DNA of 64,000 nucleotides from an uncultured Clostridia bacterium (GTDB lineage: Bacteria > Bacillota > Dehalobacteriia > UBA4068). Where the stretch lies: NCBI GenBank assembly GCA_944393575.1, contig CALYAP010000030.1:180-64179 (forward strand). The letters are read 5' to 3'. The position numbers and the translations under genes were made by a program. How positions within the stretch are numbered: the stretch's first letter is position 1; every line of letters begins with the position of its first letter. Under the pieces are notes generated by a model. It saw only the letters and a list, made by a program, of their open reading frames with translations. It ran no database searches and was not told the DNA's origin. Shown one piece after another: positions 1-9,871 of this stretch.

Positions 1-1391
1 GTCGGCCCGGAATCGCCCACCCAGTCTTGGGCAAAATCAGTAAACAGTGTATATTCACGGATGAAGTTCATCGGTAGTTCGCCGGTAGGGCCATTTCTAT
101 GCTTAGCAATAATAATCTCCACATAGTCTCCGGATTTATTCTTCTTTAACTGGGCCTCTTCATCCATTTCCTCTTCATTTTCTGAGCTGCGGGGACGATG
201 CAAAAGCAGTACCACGTCAGCATCCTGCTCCAAGGCGCCTGATTCACGTAAATGGCTGAGGTTAGGTTTTTCATTTTTCTGCTCCACCATACGTGATAAT
301 TGGGATAAAGCCAGCACTGGAACATCCAGCTCTTTGGCCATAGCCTTGAGCGAGCGGGAGATCTCCGCCACTTCCAGCTGACGGTTCTCGATCTTGCGTC
401 CAGGAGCCGACTGCATCAGCTGGATATAGTCGATGACGATCAGATCCAGCCCTTTATCCATCTTCAGTTTCCGGCACTGGCTTCTGATCTCCGAGATATT
501 GATTTTCATCGTATCATTGATATACATCTCAGCGCCGGAAAGCTCGTTAACTGCTTTCGCCAGGCGGCGCAGATCCTGTTTAGAGGCCATGCCTTTCCTT
601 ACCAAACTGTGGTTGACCCGTGCCTGTGTACAGAGTATCCTCTGCACTAACTGTTCCTTCGGCATCTCCAGAGAAAATACCGCGACAGTCTTACCCGCCT
701 CAACAGTAGCCCTTTGGGCGATATTGATACCCATAGAGGTTTTACCAACGCCAGGGCGGGCAGCTAAAAGCACCAGATCGCCTTTTTGCAAGCCCGATAG
801 ATAATGCTTATCCAAATCCGGAAAAGTAGGCACACCGGTGACGCCCTTGGAGGCCTTGATCTGGCTCATCACATCAAAAACAGGCTGAGTGAGATCACGC
901 AGTGCATAAAGGTTCTCACTGCGTCTTCCCTGTCCAACATCAAAGATCGCTCTTTCAGCCAAATCTTGCATCTCAGCAGCATTATAGCTGCCGTCATAGG
1001 TGCTGGCAATGATCTCATTGGCAGCAGCCAACAATGCTCGCATCTGGGACTTTTCGCGGATAATATTGGCATAATAGCCCGCTGAAGCTGGAGCCGGTAC
1101 GCTATCCAAAAGACCGGAAATATAGGAGATACCGCCGATACGCTCCAAATCGCCATTGACTTTCAGCATATCGCCAACGGTAACCGGATCACAGGGCTGA
1201 TTTTCATCTACCAGTCTGGCAATACTCTCATAAATAAGCCGGTGGCTTTCAGAATAGAAATCCTGCGGAGCAATGATTCCCCGGACATTATTAGCAGCCG
1301 AAGCATCCATCAGACAAGCGCCTAACAGCGCACGTTCAGCCTCCAGACTCTGCGGCGGCAGTTTTCTTAATCCATCACCGTTTTGATTCAT
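1..1391 (-). CDS. dnaB: Replicative DNA helicase DnaB (C-terminus runs off the window edge)
   Basis: Reverse translation starts MNQNGDGLRKLPPQSLEAERALLGACLMD at the ATG at 1391. The window edge reads ...EIIIAKHRNGPTGE, a typical DnaB C-terminal motif. The gene sits downstream of rplI as in Bacillus. Confidence 0.9.
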   Translation of the reverse strand, partial: MNQNGDGLRKLPPQSLEAERALLGACLMDASAANNVRGIIAPQDFYSESHRLIYESIARLVDENQPCDPVTVGDMLKVNGDLERIGGISYISGLLDSVPAPASAGYYANIIREKSQMRALLAAANEIIASTYDGSYNAAEMQDLAERAIFDVGQGRRSENLYALRDLTQPVFDVMSQIKASKGVTGVPTFPDLDKHYLSGLQKGDLVLLAARPGVGKTSMGINIAQRATVEAGKTVAVFSLEMPKEQLVQRILCTQARVNHSLVRKGMASKQDLRRLAKAVNELSGAEMYINDTMKINISEIRSQCRKLKMDKGLDLIVIDYIQLMQSAPGRKIENRQLEVAEISRSLKAMAKELDVPVLALSQLSRMVEQKNEKPNLSHLRESGALEQDADVVLLLHRPRSSENEEEMDEEAQLKKNKSGDYVEIIIAKHRNGPTGELPMNFIREYTLFTDFAQDWVGDSGP

Positions 1392-1827
1392 CGCAAACCT
1401 CTACTGTTACTGTCGCTTGAACCTGCGGATACAATTTCAGCTGTACCTGATGCTGACCTAAATTTTTAATCTGTTCCAATGGTTCAATTTTCTTCTTATC
1501 AATCTTATAACCCATATCAGCCAGGGCAGCAGCGATATCACCATTAGTTACTGAGCCGAATAGCTTACCACCATCGCCGGCCTTGGCATAAACGATGATT
1601 TTTTTATCGGCTAATTCAGCAGCCTGCTTCTGAGCAGTAGCCAGCTCTTTAGCCGCGCGGTCCTGCTGCAATTTAATCTCATGGTTACGGCTATTGATAT
1701 TGCCGGCATTAGCCGGTACTGCTAAGCCCTTAACAAACAGAAAATTACGGGCATAACCGTCGGCAACTTCTTTAACATCGCCTTTGCGGCCCAAAGATTT
1801 CACATCTTGAACTAAAATAACTTTCAT
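1375..1827 (-). CDS. rplI: 50S ribosomal protein L9
   Basis: MKVILVQDVKSLGRKGDVKEVADGYARNFL is a classic L9 N-terminus. A GAGGAGG RBS precedes the ATG at 1827. Confidence 0.9.
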   Translation of the reverse strand: MKVILVQDVKSLGRKGDVKEVADGYARNFLFVKGLAVPANAGNINSRNHEIKLQQDRAAKELATAQKQAAELADKKIIVYAKAGDGGKLFGSVTNGDIAAALADMGYKIDKKKIEPLEQIKNLGQHQVQLKLYPQVQATVTVEVCDESKR

Positions 1828-1896
1828 CAATATTCCCCTCCTCAAATTAGCGTACTTAATATATCTTCACACCCTTAGCTTACTATAAAAGCCAAG

Positions 1897-3339
1897 TCAG
1901 CGTTTCAATTTCTCCATAGCCTTTTTCAAGCGGCCGCGGAAATCAATGATCGGTTCAAAAACAGCCAGCACCATCAGCAAGAAGAAGGTGGCCTGGAAGA
2001 AGAAGATCATCATCAAAACCAGCAGCGTTTTCAACATAGGCGAGTAAATAGGCTGTTTAAAGAGCCAAACCACAAAAGCCAAACCACAAACAAGCAGTAC
2101 CGGACAAAAAACATAGAGGATATTCCACCCTAAGGTATTCATCCAGGAAATTTCAAAGTAATTACCAGCCAAGGTAAAGGCTAGTCCAGCGATTACTCCC
2201 CAGGAAAACTTCCAATCCATCCGCCATTCACTAAAAGGCGGCACTTTGGGAATATCATAACGCAAGTGACGCAGGATCTTCGCACTTACACCATATCCCA
2301 CAGCAGCCATAATCATCGAGCCAATAATCAGCAGCGCTGGAATCAAACGAATCATCCAATCAGTCATTTCCTGGATAAAGGCATCCATAGTCATACCGCC
2401 GGGGATAAAAGCGTCCAGGCCGCTGCCGCTGAACATAGAAAAGTATTCATGAGCAAACTGGGTCATCTCTTCAGTCATCGCTGAAAAAGGCAGTCCAGAG
2501 ATAAAGAGCGACAACATCAAGCCCACTAGAGTGCCGCAAGCAGCGATGACGATAGCAAAGCCCATGGTAAAAAGCGGACCTTTTTGTTTACGGAAGCAAT
2601 ACCCTAAGAAAATGCCCAAAATGCCATACTCGATCATCATGATCACCGCATTAGGCAGGCCGAAGAAAATAGCAGCCAGAGCAAAGAGGGCGATAGCGCC
2701 AATCAGGCCCGTTTTGACTCCATTACGAAAGACCAGTACTGCTAAAGGCAGAGGGAATAATAACAGGCCAATGATATTGGCCACTGGAACATAAAAACCG
2801 ATCAGGGCCAAAACCAATGAAATGGCGACCATCATGGCGCATTCCATCAAACTGCGGGCAGTAATATTATTGGCCTGTGGTATTTCGCGATAAACCGGTT
2901 GTGGTTGCGGAGGCACAACCCTTGCCGGAGCAGAATATCCCTTATCGCCATCGTCTCGACGTGCGGAAAGCGGCAAAGAAACTTCCTCGTCTTCTTCTTC
3001 CTGCTGCTCTTCGATAATGGGATCCTTTTTACTTAGTCTTCGATAGTCTTCCCTAGCAGCTGATAAAGGCAGAGAGATATCATCGTCATCATCTTCGCTA
3101 TCAGTTGAGTCTGAAGTAGCGGCTGGTTCTTTTTCTTGAGCAGATAGATACTCCTCCCTCTCCCGCCTTGCTGAAAGAGGCAAAGAAACTTCCTCGTCGT
3201 CCTGAGTACCCCGGCAAACAACGTTCTCCTCATCAGCTGTTTCCCCATCAGGAGGCAATGCAGCTTGCTCTTCTGCAGATGAAGCTGTGTCAGAGAGCTC
3301 TGGAGTGTCGGCTATTGGTTGTTTTCTTTCTTCGTCCAT
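1897..3339 (-). CDS. YybS-like (DUF2232) polytopic membrane protein with an acidic, repeat-containing N-terminal extension
   Basis: The C-terminal ~320 aa are multi-TM and hydrophobic. The position directly upstream of rplI-dnaB matches yybS in Bacillus. The N-terminal ~150 aa are D/E-rich. Confidence 0.6.
   Translation of the reverse strand: MDEERKQPIADTPELSDTASSAEEQAALPPDGETADEENVVCRGTQDDEEVSLPLSARREREEYLSAQEKEPAATSDSTDSEDDDDDISLPLSAAREDYRRLSKKDPIIEEQQEEEDEEVSLPLSARRDDGDKGYSAPARVVPPQPQPVYREIPQANNITARSLMECAMMVAISLVLALIGFYVPVANIIGLLLFPLPLAVLVFRNGVKTGLIGAIALFALAAIFFGLPNAVIMMIEYGILGIFLGYCFRKQKGPLFTMGFAIVIAACGTLVGLMLSLFISGLPFSAMTEEMTQFAHEYFSMFSGSGLDAFIPGGMTMDAFIQEMTDWMIRLIPALLIIGSMIMAAVGYGVSAKILRHLRYDIPKVPPFSEWRMDWKFSWGVIAGLAFTLAGNYFEISWMNTLGWNILYVFCPVLLVCGLAFVVWLFKQPIYSPMLKTLLVLMMIFFFQATFFLLMVLAVFEPIIDFRGRLKKAMEKLKR
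2950..3201 (-). repeat. Three in-frame copies of an acidic-run plus [VI]SLPLSA[RA]R motif inside the YybS-like gene
   Basis: Protein copies are DDEEVSLPLSARRE, DDDDISLPLSAARE and EDEEVSLPLSARRD. At DNA level ggcaaagaaacttcctcgtc occurs at about 2971 and about 3179. Confidence 0.7.
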
Positions 3340-3437
3340 CTGGGCCCTCCAACAAAAATCTCATTAACATATCATATTTCGCTGCCCAGATAATAAATCC
3401 CTTTATCGTAAGGCAAGCCAGCTGCTGTTATCAAGTA

Positions 3438-4286
3438 TCAACAAGCACAAACCAAACCGCAGATATTGGCGTAAGTTGAAGAAAGCCCCTTCATGGGCAC
3501 GATGATGATATCCTTATATTTTCTAAGAGCAGCAATCATTTCTTTAAGCTTTGTTGCCTGAGCCAAGGCCCGACAATGAGCGATAACTAGAGTGCGTCCT
3601 TCAGTCAACAAGGGGGTCTCGATAAAACACCGCGCCAGTAAGCCCAAAGCCTTAGTATAAGAACGCGCTTTATGCTCCAAACAAATACTACCATTTCCAT
3701 CATCGCCAAGAATCGGCTTGATATTCAGCAGCATAGCCAGTTTACCTTTAAGTAAGCTCATCCGGCCATTTTTGACTAAAACCTCAATATTATCCAGGAG
3801 AAAATAAAGCTTATCATGATCGCGAAAATCCTCGGCAGCAGCAGCTATCTCCTCAAAGCCCATTCCTGCATCTATGCATTGGCGGATCTTGATGGCGATA
3901 GTAGTCTCCCCAGCACTGGCAGCCAATGAATCGATCACCTGCACCTTGAGCTCAGGATATTTTTCAGCCGCCATTTGCTTAGCAATCATTGCAGAATTAT
4001 AGGAGCCGCTGAGACGTGAAGAAAGGGTGATAATAAAAACCCCCTCTTCCGCATGCTGCATAGCATCTAAATAAGCTGCCGGAGAAGGCGCTGCTGATTT
4101 AGGCACTTCGCTGCCCTGCGCTAGAATATCTAAGAACTGCTCCATATCAAGCTGCTCATCATCGACAAATACTTGCTCACCAATAGAAACGCTCAAAGGC
4201 ACACTTACTACCTGAAGCCACTCATTTAACTCCGGACTATAATCCAAAGAGCTATCGCCGATGATCACAAACCTGCTTTTAGTCAT
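3438..4286 (-). CDS. DegV family (FakB-like) fatty-acid-binding protein
   Basis: 282 aa. The N-terminus FVIIGDSSLDYSPEL and the overall length fit DegV. Confidence 0.8.
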   Translation of the reverse strand: MTKSRFVIIGDSSLDYSPELNEWLQVVSVPLSVSIGEQVFVDDEQLDMEQFLDILAQGSEVPKSAAPSPAAYLDAMQHAEEGVFIITLSSRLSGSYNSAMIAKQMAAEKYPELKVQVIDSLAASAGETTIAIKIRQCIDAGMGFEEIAAAAEDFRDHDKLYFLLDNIEVLVKNGRMSLLKGKLAMLLNIKPILGDDGNGSICLEHKARSYTKALGLLARCFIETPLLTEGRTLVIAHCRALAQATKLKEMIAALRKYKDIIIVPMKGLSSTYANICGLVCAC

Positions 4287-4433
4287 TATCGTTCCTCCAT
4301 ATATTTTAGTACAGCATTAACTGCCCCAAAACACCTCTTATCCGCTTCTTATATACTTATCGTGGTATCTAATTATAACTGCTATAGACGATCAGCAAAC
4401 TCTCTACTCTATTATACCGCTTATTGCGTGTAG

Positions 4434-4470
4434 GAAAAAAGAAAACGGGCAGGGCTTGAGCCAACCCGTT
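4434..4470 (-). terminator. Intrinsic terminator after the U32 peptidase gene
   Basis: On the minus strand, AACGGG..CCCGTT hairpin followed by TTTCTTTTTT. Confidence 0.6.
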
Positions 4471-4476
4471 AGAAAA

Positions 4477-5712
4477 TTATTTTACCGGACGGCGGACTAT
4501 CAATGGAGGTTTCAGCCCTGGCAGTCCAGGGTTGGGGATCTGGATTAGCTGTCGGGGGTGACGAGCAGCACTAAGCGGCACACCGTCTTCATCAAATATC
4601 TTAACCGCCGTTAAAGGGATATTTTTACCATCAGGACAAATGATCTCCAGCTGATCTCCAACTGCAATATGATTGCGTTGCTCCAACAGCAGCATTGAAT
4701 CGCTAATCTCTTTGATAATAGCAGTAAAATCATACTCCCTGATATATCCACCATCATCATAACGCATTGATGAGGAGGCAGCCTGCCCTTCCGCAAAAGC
4801 AGCCGTATATTCACGATGGCTAATTTTAGCCAGCTCTTGATGCCACTGTGGATCGCAAGAATAATGATTAGGGTCAGCAGCATAAGCATCGATAGCTGCG
4901 CGATAGATGCGGACAGCATTAGCCACATAATAGGCGCTCTTATTGCGTCCTTCGATCTTTAGGGAAGCAAACTGCCCTGAACAAAGCTGAGGGATATAAT
5001 CGATCAAGCATAGATCCCGGCTATTCATGATATAGCTGCCACGGTCATCCTCTTCTATAGGGAAAAATTCTCCCGGCCGTTTTTCTTCCATCAGCGCATA
5101 ATGATAGCGGCAAGGGTGACTGCAATTACCCTGGTTCGCAGAACGTCCCGTCATAAAACTGCTCAATAGACAGCGGCCAGAATAGGAAATACACATAGCT
5201 CCATGGATAAAAATCTCTGTTTCAACACCAGCTTGGATGCTAATTTTACCAGCCTCAGCCAAAGAAAGCTCCCGGGCTAAAATGATTCGGGAAGCACCCT
5301 GTTCGCGCCAAAAACGGGCGCTCAACCAATTAGTTGTATTGGCCTGTGTACTGATATGGAGCGGTACCTGCGGGGCATATTGACGGGCCAAAGTCAAAAC
5401 CGCCGGGTCAGAAATAATCATTGCATCTGGCTCCAAAGCTGCTAACTGGGATAAATACTCAGGCAGAGCTTCCAGATCACCCTCGCGCATAAAAGAATTG
5501 ACCGCCAAATAAAGCTTTTTCCCCAAGCGGTGCGCCAGATGGATAGCATCTCCTATCTGCTCCAGGCTAAAACCTGCATTAAGGCGCAGGGAATAATCCC
5601 CTGCGCCAATATAGGCAGCATCTGCGCCATAAAGATATGCAAAAAGCAATTTTTCCGGATCTCCGGCAGGAGCAAGTAGCTCTGGTTTGAACAAATTATT
5701 GGTCTCCCTCAT
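4477..5712 (-). CDS. Peptidase U32 family protein (YrrN/YrrO, TrhP-like)
   Basis: KPELLAPAGD start motif, Cys-rich middle region, and neighbour of mltG as in Bacillus. The start is ambiguous: ATG at 5712, or TTG at 5694 behind a GAGGGAG RBS. Confidence 0.8.
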   Translation of the reverse strand: MRETNNLFKPELLAPAGDPEKLLFAYLYGADAAYIGAGDYSLRLNAGFSLEQIGDAIHLAHRLGKKLYLAVNSFMREGDLEALPEYLSQLAALEPDAMIISDPAVLTLARQYAPQVPLHISTQANTTNWLSARFWREQGASRIILARELSLAEAGKISIQAGVETEIFIHGAMCISYSGRCLLSSFMTGRSANQGNCSHPCRYHYALMEEKRPGEFFPIEEDDRGSYIMNSRDLCLIDYIPQLCSGQFASLKIEGRNKSAYYVANAVRIYRAAIDAYAADPNHYSCDPQWHQELAKISHREYTAAFAEGQAASSSMRYDDGGYIREYDFTAIIKEISDSMLLLEQRNHIAVGDQLEIICPDGKNIPLTAVKIFDEDGVPLSAARHPRQLIQIPNPGLPGLKPPLIVRRPVK

Positions 5713-6721
5713 GATATTCATTATGCTCATCAAAGGTTTCACTGAAACGATGAGAACCGTCAGTCTTGGCCCGGAAATAGAGATAATCTGATTCCGTAGG
5801 ATTCAAAGCTGCATCTATCGAGGCTTTACCAGGGCAGGCAATTGGTCCTGGCGGCAAACCTGGATTTTGATAAGTATTATACGGATTATCAATATTCAGA
5901 TCTGAATAGGTCAAAACTTCTTTAGGCTCTCCCAGGATAAACTGGATAGTAGCGCATGATTCCAAATTCATCGGGGTTGAAAGATTAAGGCGATTATAGA
6001 ATACGCCGGCAATGATCGGACGGTCTTCATCCACCTTGGCCTCTTTTTCAACGATAGAGGCCATAGTGATGACTTCATAAACACTCTTACCCTGTTCGTC
6101 TGCTTGCTCATCAAAACCATTGCTCTCCCATACGGTGACGAACTGGTCCAACAGCATATCGAAAATATCTTCCTCTGTCCAGGTAGGATCTATCTGATAG
6201 GTATCTGGGAAAAGGAAGCCCTCCAAACGTGTGGCAGGAGCCTGTTCTGTTCCTTGGGCAGGGATAAAATCATACTCTGAGAAATCGCCCTCTGCGGCAT
6301 AAGTCAAATAATTATCTACTGTACCCAAGCCTTTTTCAGCCAAGAGCTCAGCAGTCTCTCTAACGGTCAACCCCTCCGGAATAGTTACCGTCAATTCTCC
6401 ATCTGTGCTAACTCCGCCTAAAATCAGCATCTCACAGACATCTCTGACGCTATATTCACCAGCAGGAAATGTGTAACGGCCTGCCTTGAGACTACTATCA
6501 ATACCATTACTTTGGGCAAAGATGCGGAAATAGGTGCTATTTTTGATCACCCCTGCCTCCTGCAAGGTCTGCGCTATCGCAGCGGTACCGCTGCCTTCTT
6601 CAATAATTACCTCAGTATCACTCTCTATAGTCATGTCAGCACTGACAACATTAACCACAATAATAACGGCGAGGGTCAAAACCGCCAAGATGGCTACAAT
6701 AATAATTAAGGCCTTTTTCAT
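5696..6721 (-). CDS. mltG: Endolytic murein transglycosylase MltG (YceG-like)
   Basis: 341 aa with an N-terminal TM helix. YceG motifs are present (LASIVEKEA-like MASIVEKEA, NPYNTYQNPGLPPGPI). Confidence 0.85.
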   Translation of the reverse strand: MKKALIIIVAILAVLTLAVIIVVNVVSADMTIESDTEVIIEEGSGTAAIAQTLQEAGVIKNSTYFRIFAQSNGIDSSLKAGRYTFPAGEYSVRDVCEMLILGGVSTDGELTVTIPEGLTVRETAELLAEKGLGTVDNYLTYAAEGDFSEYDFIPAQGTEQAPATRLEGFLFPDTYQIDPTWTEEDIFDMLLDQFVTVWESNGFDEQADEQGKSVYEVITMASIVEKEAKVDEDRPIIAGVFYNRLNLSTPMNLESCATIQFILGEPKEVLTYSDLNIDNPYNTYQNPGLPPGPIACPGKASIDAALNPTESDYLYFRAKTDGSHRFSETFDEHNEYHEGDQ

Positions 6722-6849
6722 CGGTCGCTCTCCTTTCTGCGGCCTATTATATCATATCTAAACTCATTCGACAATCTTATCACCAGAAAATCACTTCCAG
6801 CTTCTGTCATTAGCATAGCCATAGAGCTAAGTAATTAAACCATTGATGA

Positions 6850-6890
6850 TAAAAATCAACGGGCTGCATCTGAAAAGATGTCAGCCCGTT
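6850..6890 (-). terminator. Intrinsic terminator after rpsR
   Basis: Minus strand ACGGGCTG..CAGCCCGT hairpin followed by TTGATTTTTAT. Confidence 0.65.
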
Positions 6891-6917
6891 GGTCAAAGCT
6901 ATCATTGAAATGACAAA

Positions 6918-7202
6918 CTATTCATTGGTATAGGGCAATAAAGCCACTATACGGGCCCGCTTAATGGCCTCAGTCAGCTCACGCTGATGTTTAGCGCAAT
7001 TGCCGGAAATTCGGCGGGGCAGGATCTTACCGCGCTCAGTGATATATTTGCGGAGCTTAGCAGTATCCTTGTAGTCGATATATTCTGCTTTATCTACACA
7101 GAAGCTGCAAACACGGCGGCGTCCGCGGCGGTTATTTCTGCCACCACGGCCGGAGTAATCACGATCTCCGCGTTCCGCACGGTTGTTCTTATATTCAGCC
7201 AT
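6918..7202 (-). CDS. rpsR: 30S ribosomal protein S18 (with a ~15 aa Arg/Gly-rich N-terminal extension)
   Basis: The motif [15 protein letters not shown]...[34 protein letters not shown] is diagnostic. Confidence 0.95.
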   Translation of the reverse strand: MAEYKNNRAERGDRDYSGRGGRNNRRGRRRVCSFCVDKAEYIDYKDTAKLRKYITERGKILPRRISGNCAKHQRELTEAIKRARIVALLPYTNE

Positions 7203-7225
7203 GATAATTCCTCCGTTTCACAATA

Positions 7226-7642
7226 CTAGAAGGGCAAATCGTCATCGCCGACCATGTCGGCATCATTGCCCGCAGCAAAAGGGCTGCTTTCAACGGGAGG
7301 AGCCTCCCGGTAGCTGCCACTATCTTTGGGGGAAAGGAACCGAACATCATCGGCAATAACTTCAGCAGCTTTTCTTCTGGTGCCGTCTTTGGCCTCATAG
7401 CTTCTAATCTGCAGGCTACCATCAACCGCGCACAGCTTACCCTTGCTTAGGTAATTGGCACAGTTTTCGGCCTGCTGCCGCCAGACGACAACATCAATAA
7501 AATCGGTCTCCCTTTCGCCCTCAGCGTTTTTATATCTACGATCTACAGCAAGGGTAAAGGAAGCCACTGCTATGCCGTTTTTCGTATAGCGTAATTCCGG
7601 ATCCTGCGTGAGTCTACCTATTAATACGATGCGGTTTAGCAT
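7226..7642 (-). CDS. ssb: Single-stranded DNA-binding protein
   Basis: MLNRIVLIGRLTQDPELRYT start, acidic DDDLPF tail, located between rpsF and rpsR. Confidence 0.95.
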   Translation of the reverse strand: MLNRIVLIGRLTQDPELRYTKNGIAVASFTLAVDRRYKNAEGERETDFIDVVVWRQQAENCANYLSKGKLCAVDGSLQIRSYEAKDGTRRKAAEVIADDVRFLSPKDSGSYREAPPVESSPFAAGNDADMVGDDDLPF

Positions 7643-7664
7643 GGGGTTTCCTCCTTATGCCCTC

Positions 7665-7952
7665 TTATTCTCCGATTCTGACGACCAAATAACGCATGAT
7701 CTCATCAGCGATCTTAAAGTTACGTTCCAGTTCGCGGGGCAATTCCGGCATGCCTTTGATTTTCATCAAGACATAATAACCTTCACGCAGCTTTTGGATC
7801 TCATAGGCGAGTCTTCTTTTTCCCCAAGGCTCGACCTCGACAATCTCACCGCCATTGGCCTGGACCAGCGCTTTATACTTTTCGATGATTTGCGTATATT
7901 GCTCTTCTTCCAAATTCGGTTTAACAATATACATGACCTCGTAATCGCGCAA
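7665..7952 (-). CDS. rpsF: 30S ribosomal protein S6
   Basis: RDYEVMYIVKPNLEEEQ. The likely start is TTG at 7952, 8 nt after a GGAGGAGG RBS. The ORF track extends to 7961. Confidence 0.9.
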   Translation of the reverse strand: MRDYEVMYIVKPNLEEEQYTQIIEKYKALVQANGGEIVEVEPWGKRRLAYEIQKLREGYYVLMKIKGMPELPRELERNFKIADEIMRYLVVRIGE

Positions 7953-8058
7953 TCCTGACACCTCCTCCCTTTGGACTAACGGCCTTGCCTAGCTGGTAAA
8001 ACAATCATTAGACAAGGCAGGGTTGTATGACAACTATCGTATTATACCATAAAGATAT

Positions 8059-9177
8059 TTATTTAGCAAGATTTTTTTCACCCAGGTCAATCACACCAGT
8101 CTCGGCAAAAACACTCAATGATTGTTGGGCCGACACTGCTACCCAGCCCTCATTATCTTTGGCTAATACTTCCAGAGCAGAAATCGCTCGCTGATCGCCG
8201 ATCATACCCAAAGATTTTGCAACTGCGGCACGCACATGCCAATCTTTATCAGTAGCACTAATCAACAGCGGTTTAATACTATCTGTATTTTTGCTGGTGC
8301 CTAGGGCAGTAGCAGCAGCAACTCTCACAGCAGGATTAGGATGCGCCAAACAGGCCGCCACATTAGCAACCGGATAGCCGGATTCTGTTTTGGCAATGGT
8401 TTCCAGCACCCTTACTTTATGTTTATCATTGACCTTGGGCAGCAAATACGCTAATAATTTGGCGCTCTGTGGGCCCATGGAAGCCATTACTTCAGCGACC
8501 CGGGCCGGCAAAAAATGCTCCGGCCACATCAATGCTGCGGTCAATAGTGGCAAGCTTTTGGGCTCCTGCATCGCAGACAGCAGACGTGTCCCGGCAAGCT
8601 GGATCGATTCATCGCTGCTGGCCAGCATTTCCACAAAATCCTTGAGAGCGTCGGTATCAGGAAATCTGGCCCATGCTTCCAGTAAGACACTCTGAGGATA
8701 CTCTTCACGGTTGAGGCGCCGGCTGTAGCGTTCCATCAACCGTTCCTCCTTAACTAGAGTTTTCAATTGTTCCTGGACTGCCGGCTGGCATTTATCATAG
8801 GCAGCGGCAATATCTGCTAAAGCTTGCGGACCTTTGTTCTTAATCTGTTCCACCAGTTTCAGGTCAAGCTCTTCTTCTGCAGAAATCAGCTTGTCCTGCA
8901 TCGTCAAATATTCAGCCTCTATCTCAGCGGTGTCCTCTTCTATCGGCAAAAAGGTCACTGGTTCCTGCGGAACATCAGCTGGTTGTTCCTGATTTTTCCG
9001 CTTTGACCGCACCCCCAGAAAAATGATCAAAGCAATGATAATTACCGCCACTGCCGCCACGATCGACCAGAATAAAACCGTATTAGCAGAAATAAAAGCC
9101 AATAACCTATCCCATATGGTAGTCTGATTAGCTCCAGCAGTAGCTATTGCACTCAAAAAGTTATTAGGAATAGTCAT
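8059..9177 (-). CDS. Membrane-anchored HEAT-repeat protein
   Basis: One N-terminal TM helix. The C-terminal half shows HEAT/PBS-lyase-like repeats (NPAVRVAAATALG, DWHVRAAVAKSLG). Confidence 0.55.
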   Translation of the reverse strand: MTIPNNFLSAIATAGANQTTIWDRLLAFISANTVLFWSIVAAVAVIIIALIIFLGVRSKRKNQEQPADVPQEPVTFLPIEEDTAEIEAEYLTMQDKLISAEEELDLKLVEQIKNKGPQALADIAAAYDKCQPAVQEQLKTLVKEERLMERYSRRLNREEYPQSVLLEAWARFPDTDALKDFVEMLASSDESIQLAGTRLLSAMQEPKSLPLLTAALMWPEHFLPARVAEVMASMGPQSAKLLAYLLPKVNDKHKVRVLETIAKTESGYPVANVAACLAHPNPAVRVAAATALGTSKNTDSIKPLLISATDKDWHVRAAVAKSLGMIGDQRAISALEVLAKDNEGWVAVSAQQSLSVFAETGVIDLGEKNLAK

Positions 9178-9205
9178 TGCTATCCTCCTTAATCAGCCAA
9201 CTGCC

Positions 9206-9772
9206 TTAAAGCAAGGCAGCTAAATATTCCATAAAAGGCAATAAAACCGTTGATGTTGCCAAAAAATTCGCCACACTCTCGCCAAAGCCCATATCAATAC
9301 AGGCTGGCAGAACAATATCCGTTACAATAATAATCAATGCAATCATCAGCACCAGGGCAATGAAAGCGCCTAAAGCGCTATTGAGCTTACCCAACAAACC
9401 CCGGCCAAAAATACTGGTCACAGCATAGGCAATTTTCCGTACCGCCCAGTTGACCACAATAAAAATGATAATAAAGACAACTATCTCCAGCAGCCAGTTA
9501 GCAGCACTGGAAGTATCGATAAACAAGGAGAGAAAAGATAATAGCTGATCCCCTCCGCTGGCTGCTTCTCCCGCCTCGGCAGTCCCGCCAAAAGGCGGCA
9601 GTGCATCAACCAGACTGGTAGCTATCAATGCTGAAAAAGCACGTGCAGCATAATAGGCCAGGACTAAAGAGCCTACCTTAGCTACTACATTGATCGTTCC
9701 CCAGCGCCATCCATAGAGGATCGCTAAAATCAGCAGCGCTGCTAATACTAAATCTGCAACAGTGATACCCAT
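9206..9772 (-). CDS. CvpA family membrane protein
   Basis: 188 aa, 4-5 TM helices, N-terminal DLVLAALLILAILYGWRWG typical of CvpA. Confidence 0.7.
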   Translation of the reverse strand: MGITVADLVLAALLILAILYGWRWGTINVVAKVGSLVLAYYAARAFSALIATSLVDALPPFGGTAEAGEAASGGDQLLSFLSLFIDTSSAANWLLEIVVFIIIFIVVNWAVRKIAYAVTSIFGRGLLGKLNSALGAFIALVLMIALIIIVTDIVLPACIDMGFGESVANFLATSTVLLPFMEYLAALL

Positions 9773-9871
9773 GGGAATGATTATACACCCTTTATTTGCT
9801 TCATTTCAAGCTTTGGTAACAAATTCAATCTCTAGCTAGCCCAGTAGAAAACAGTGATAAACCCTCTTTTT

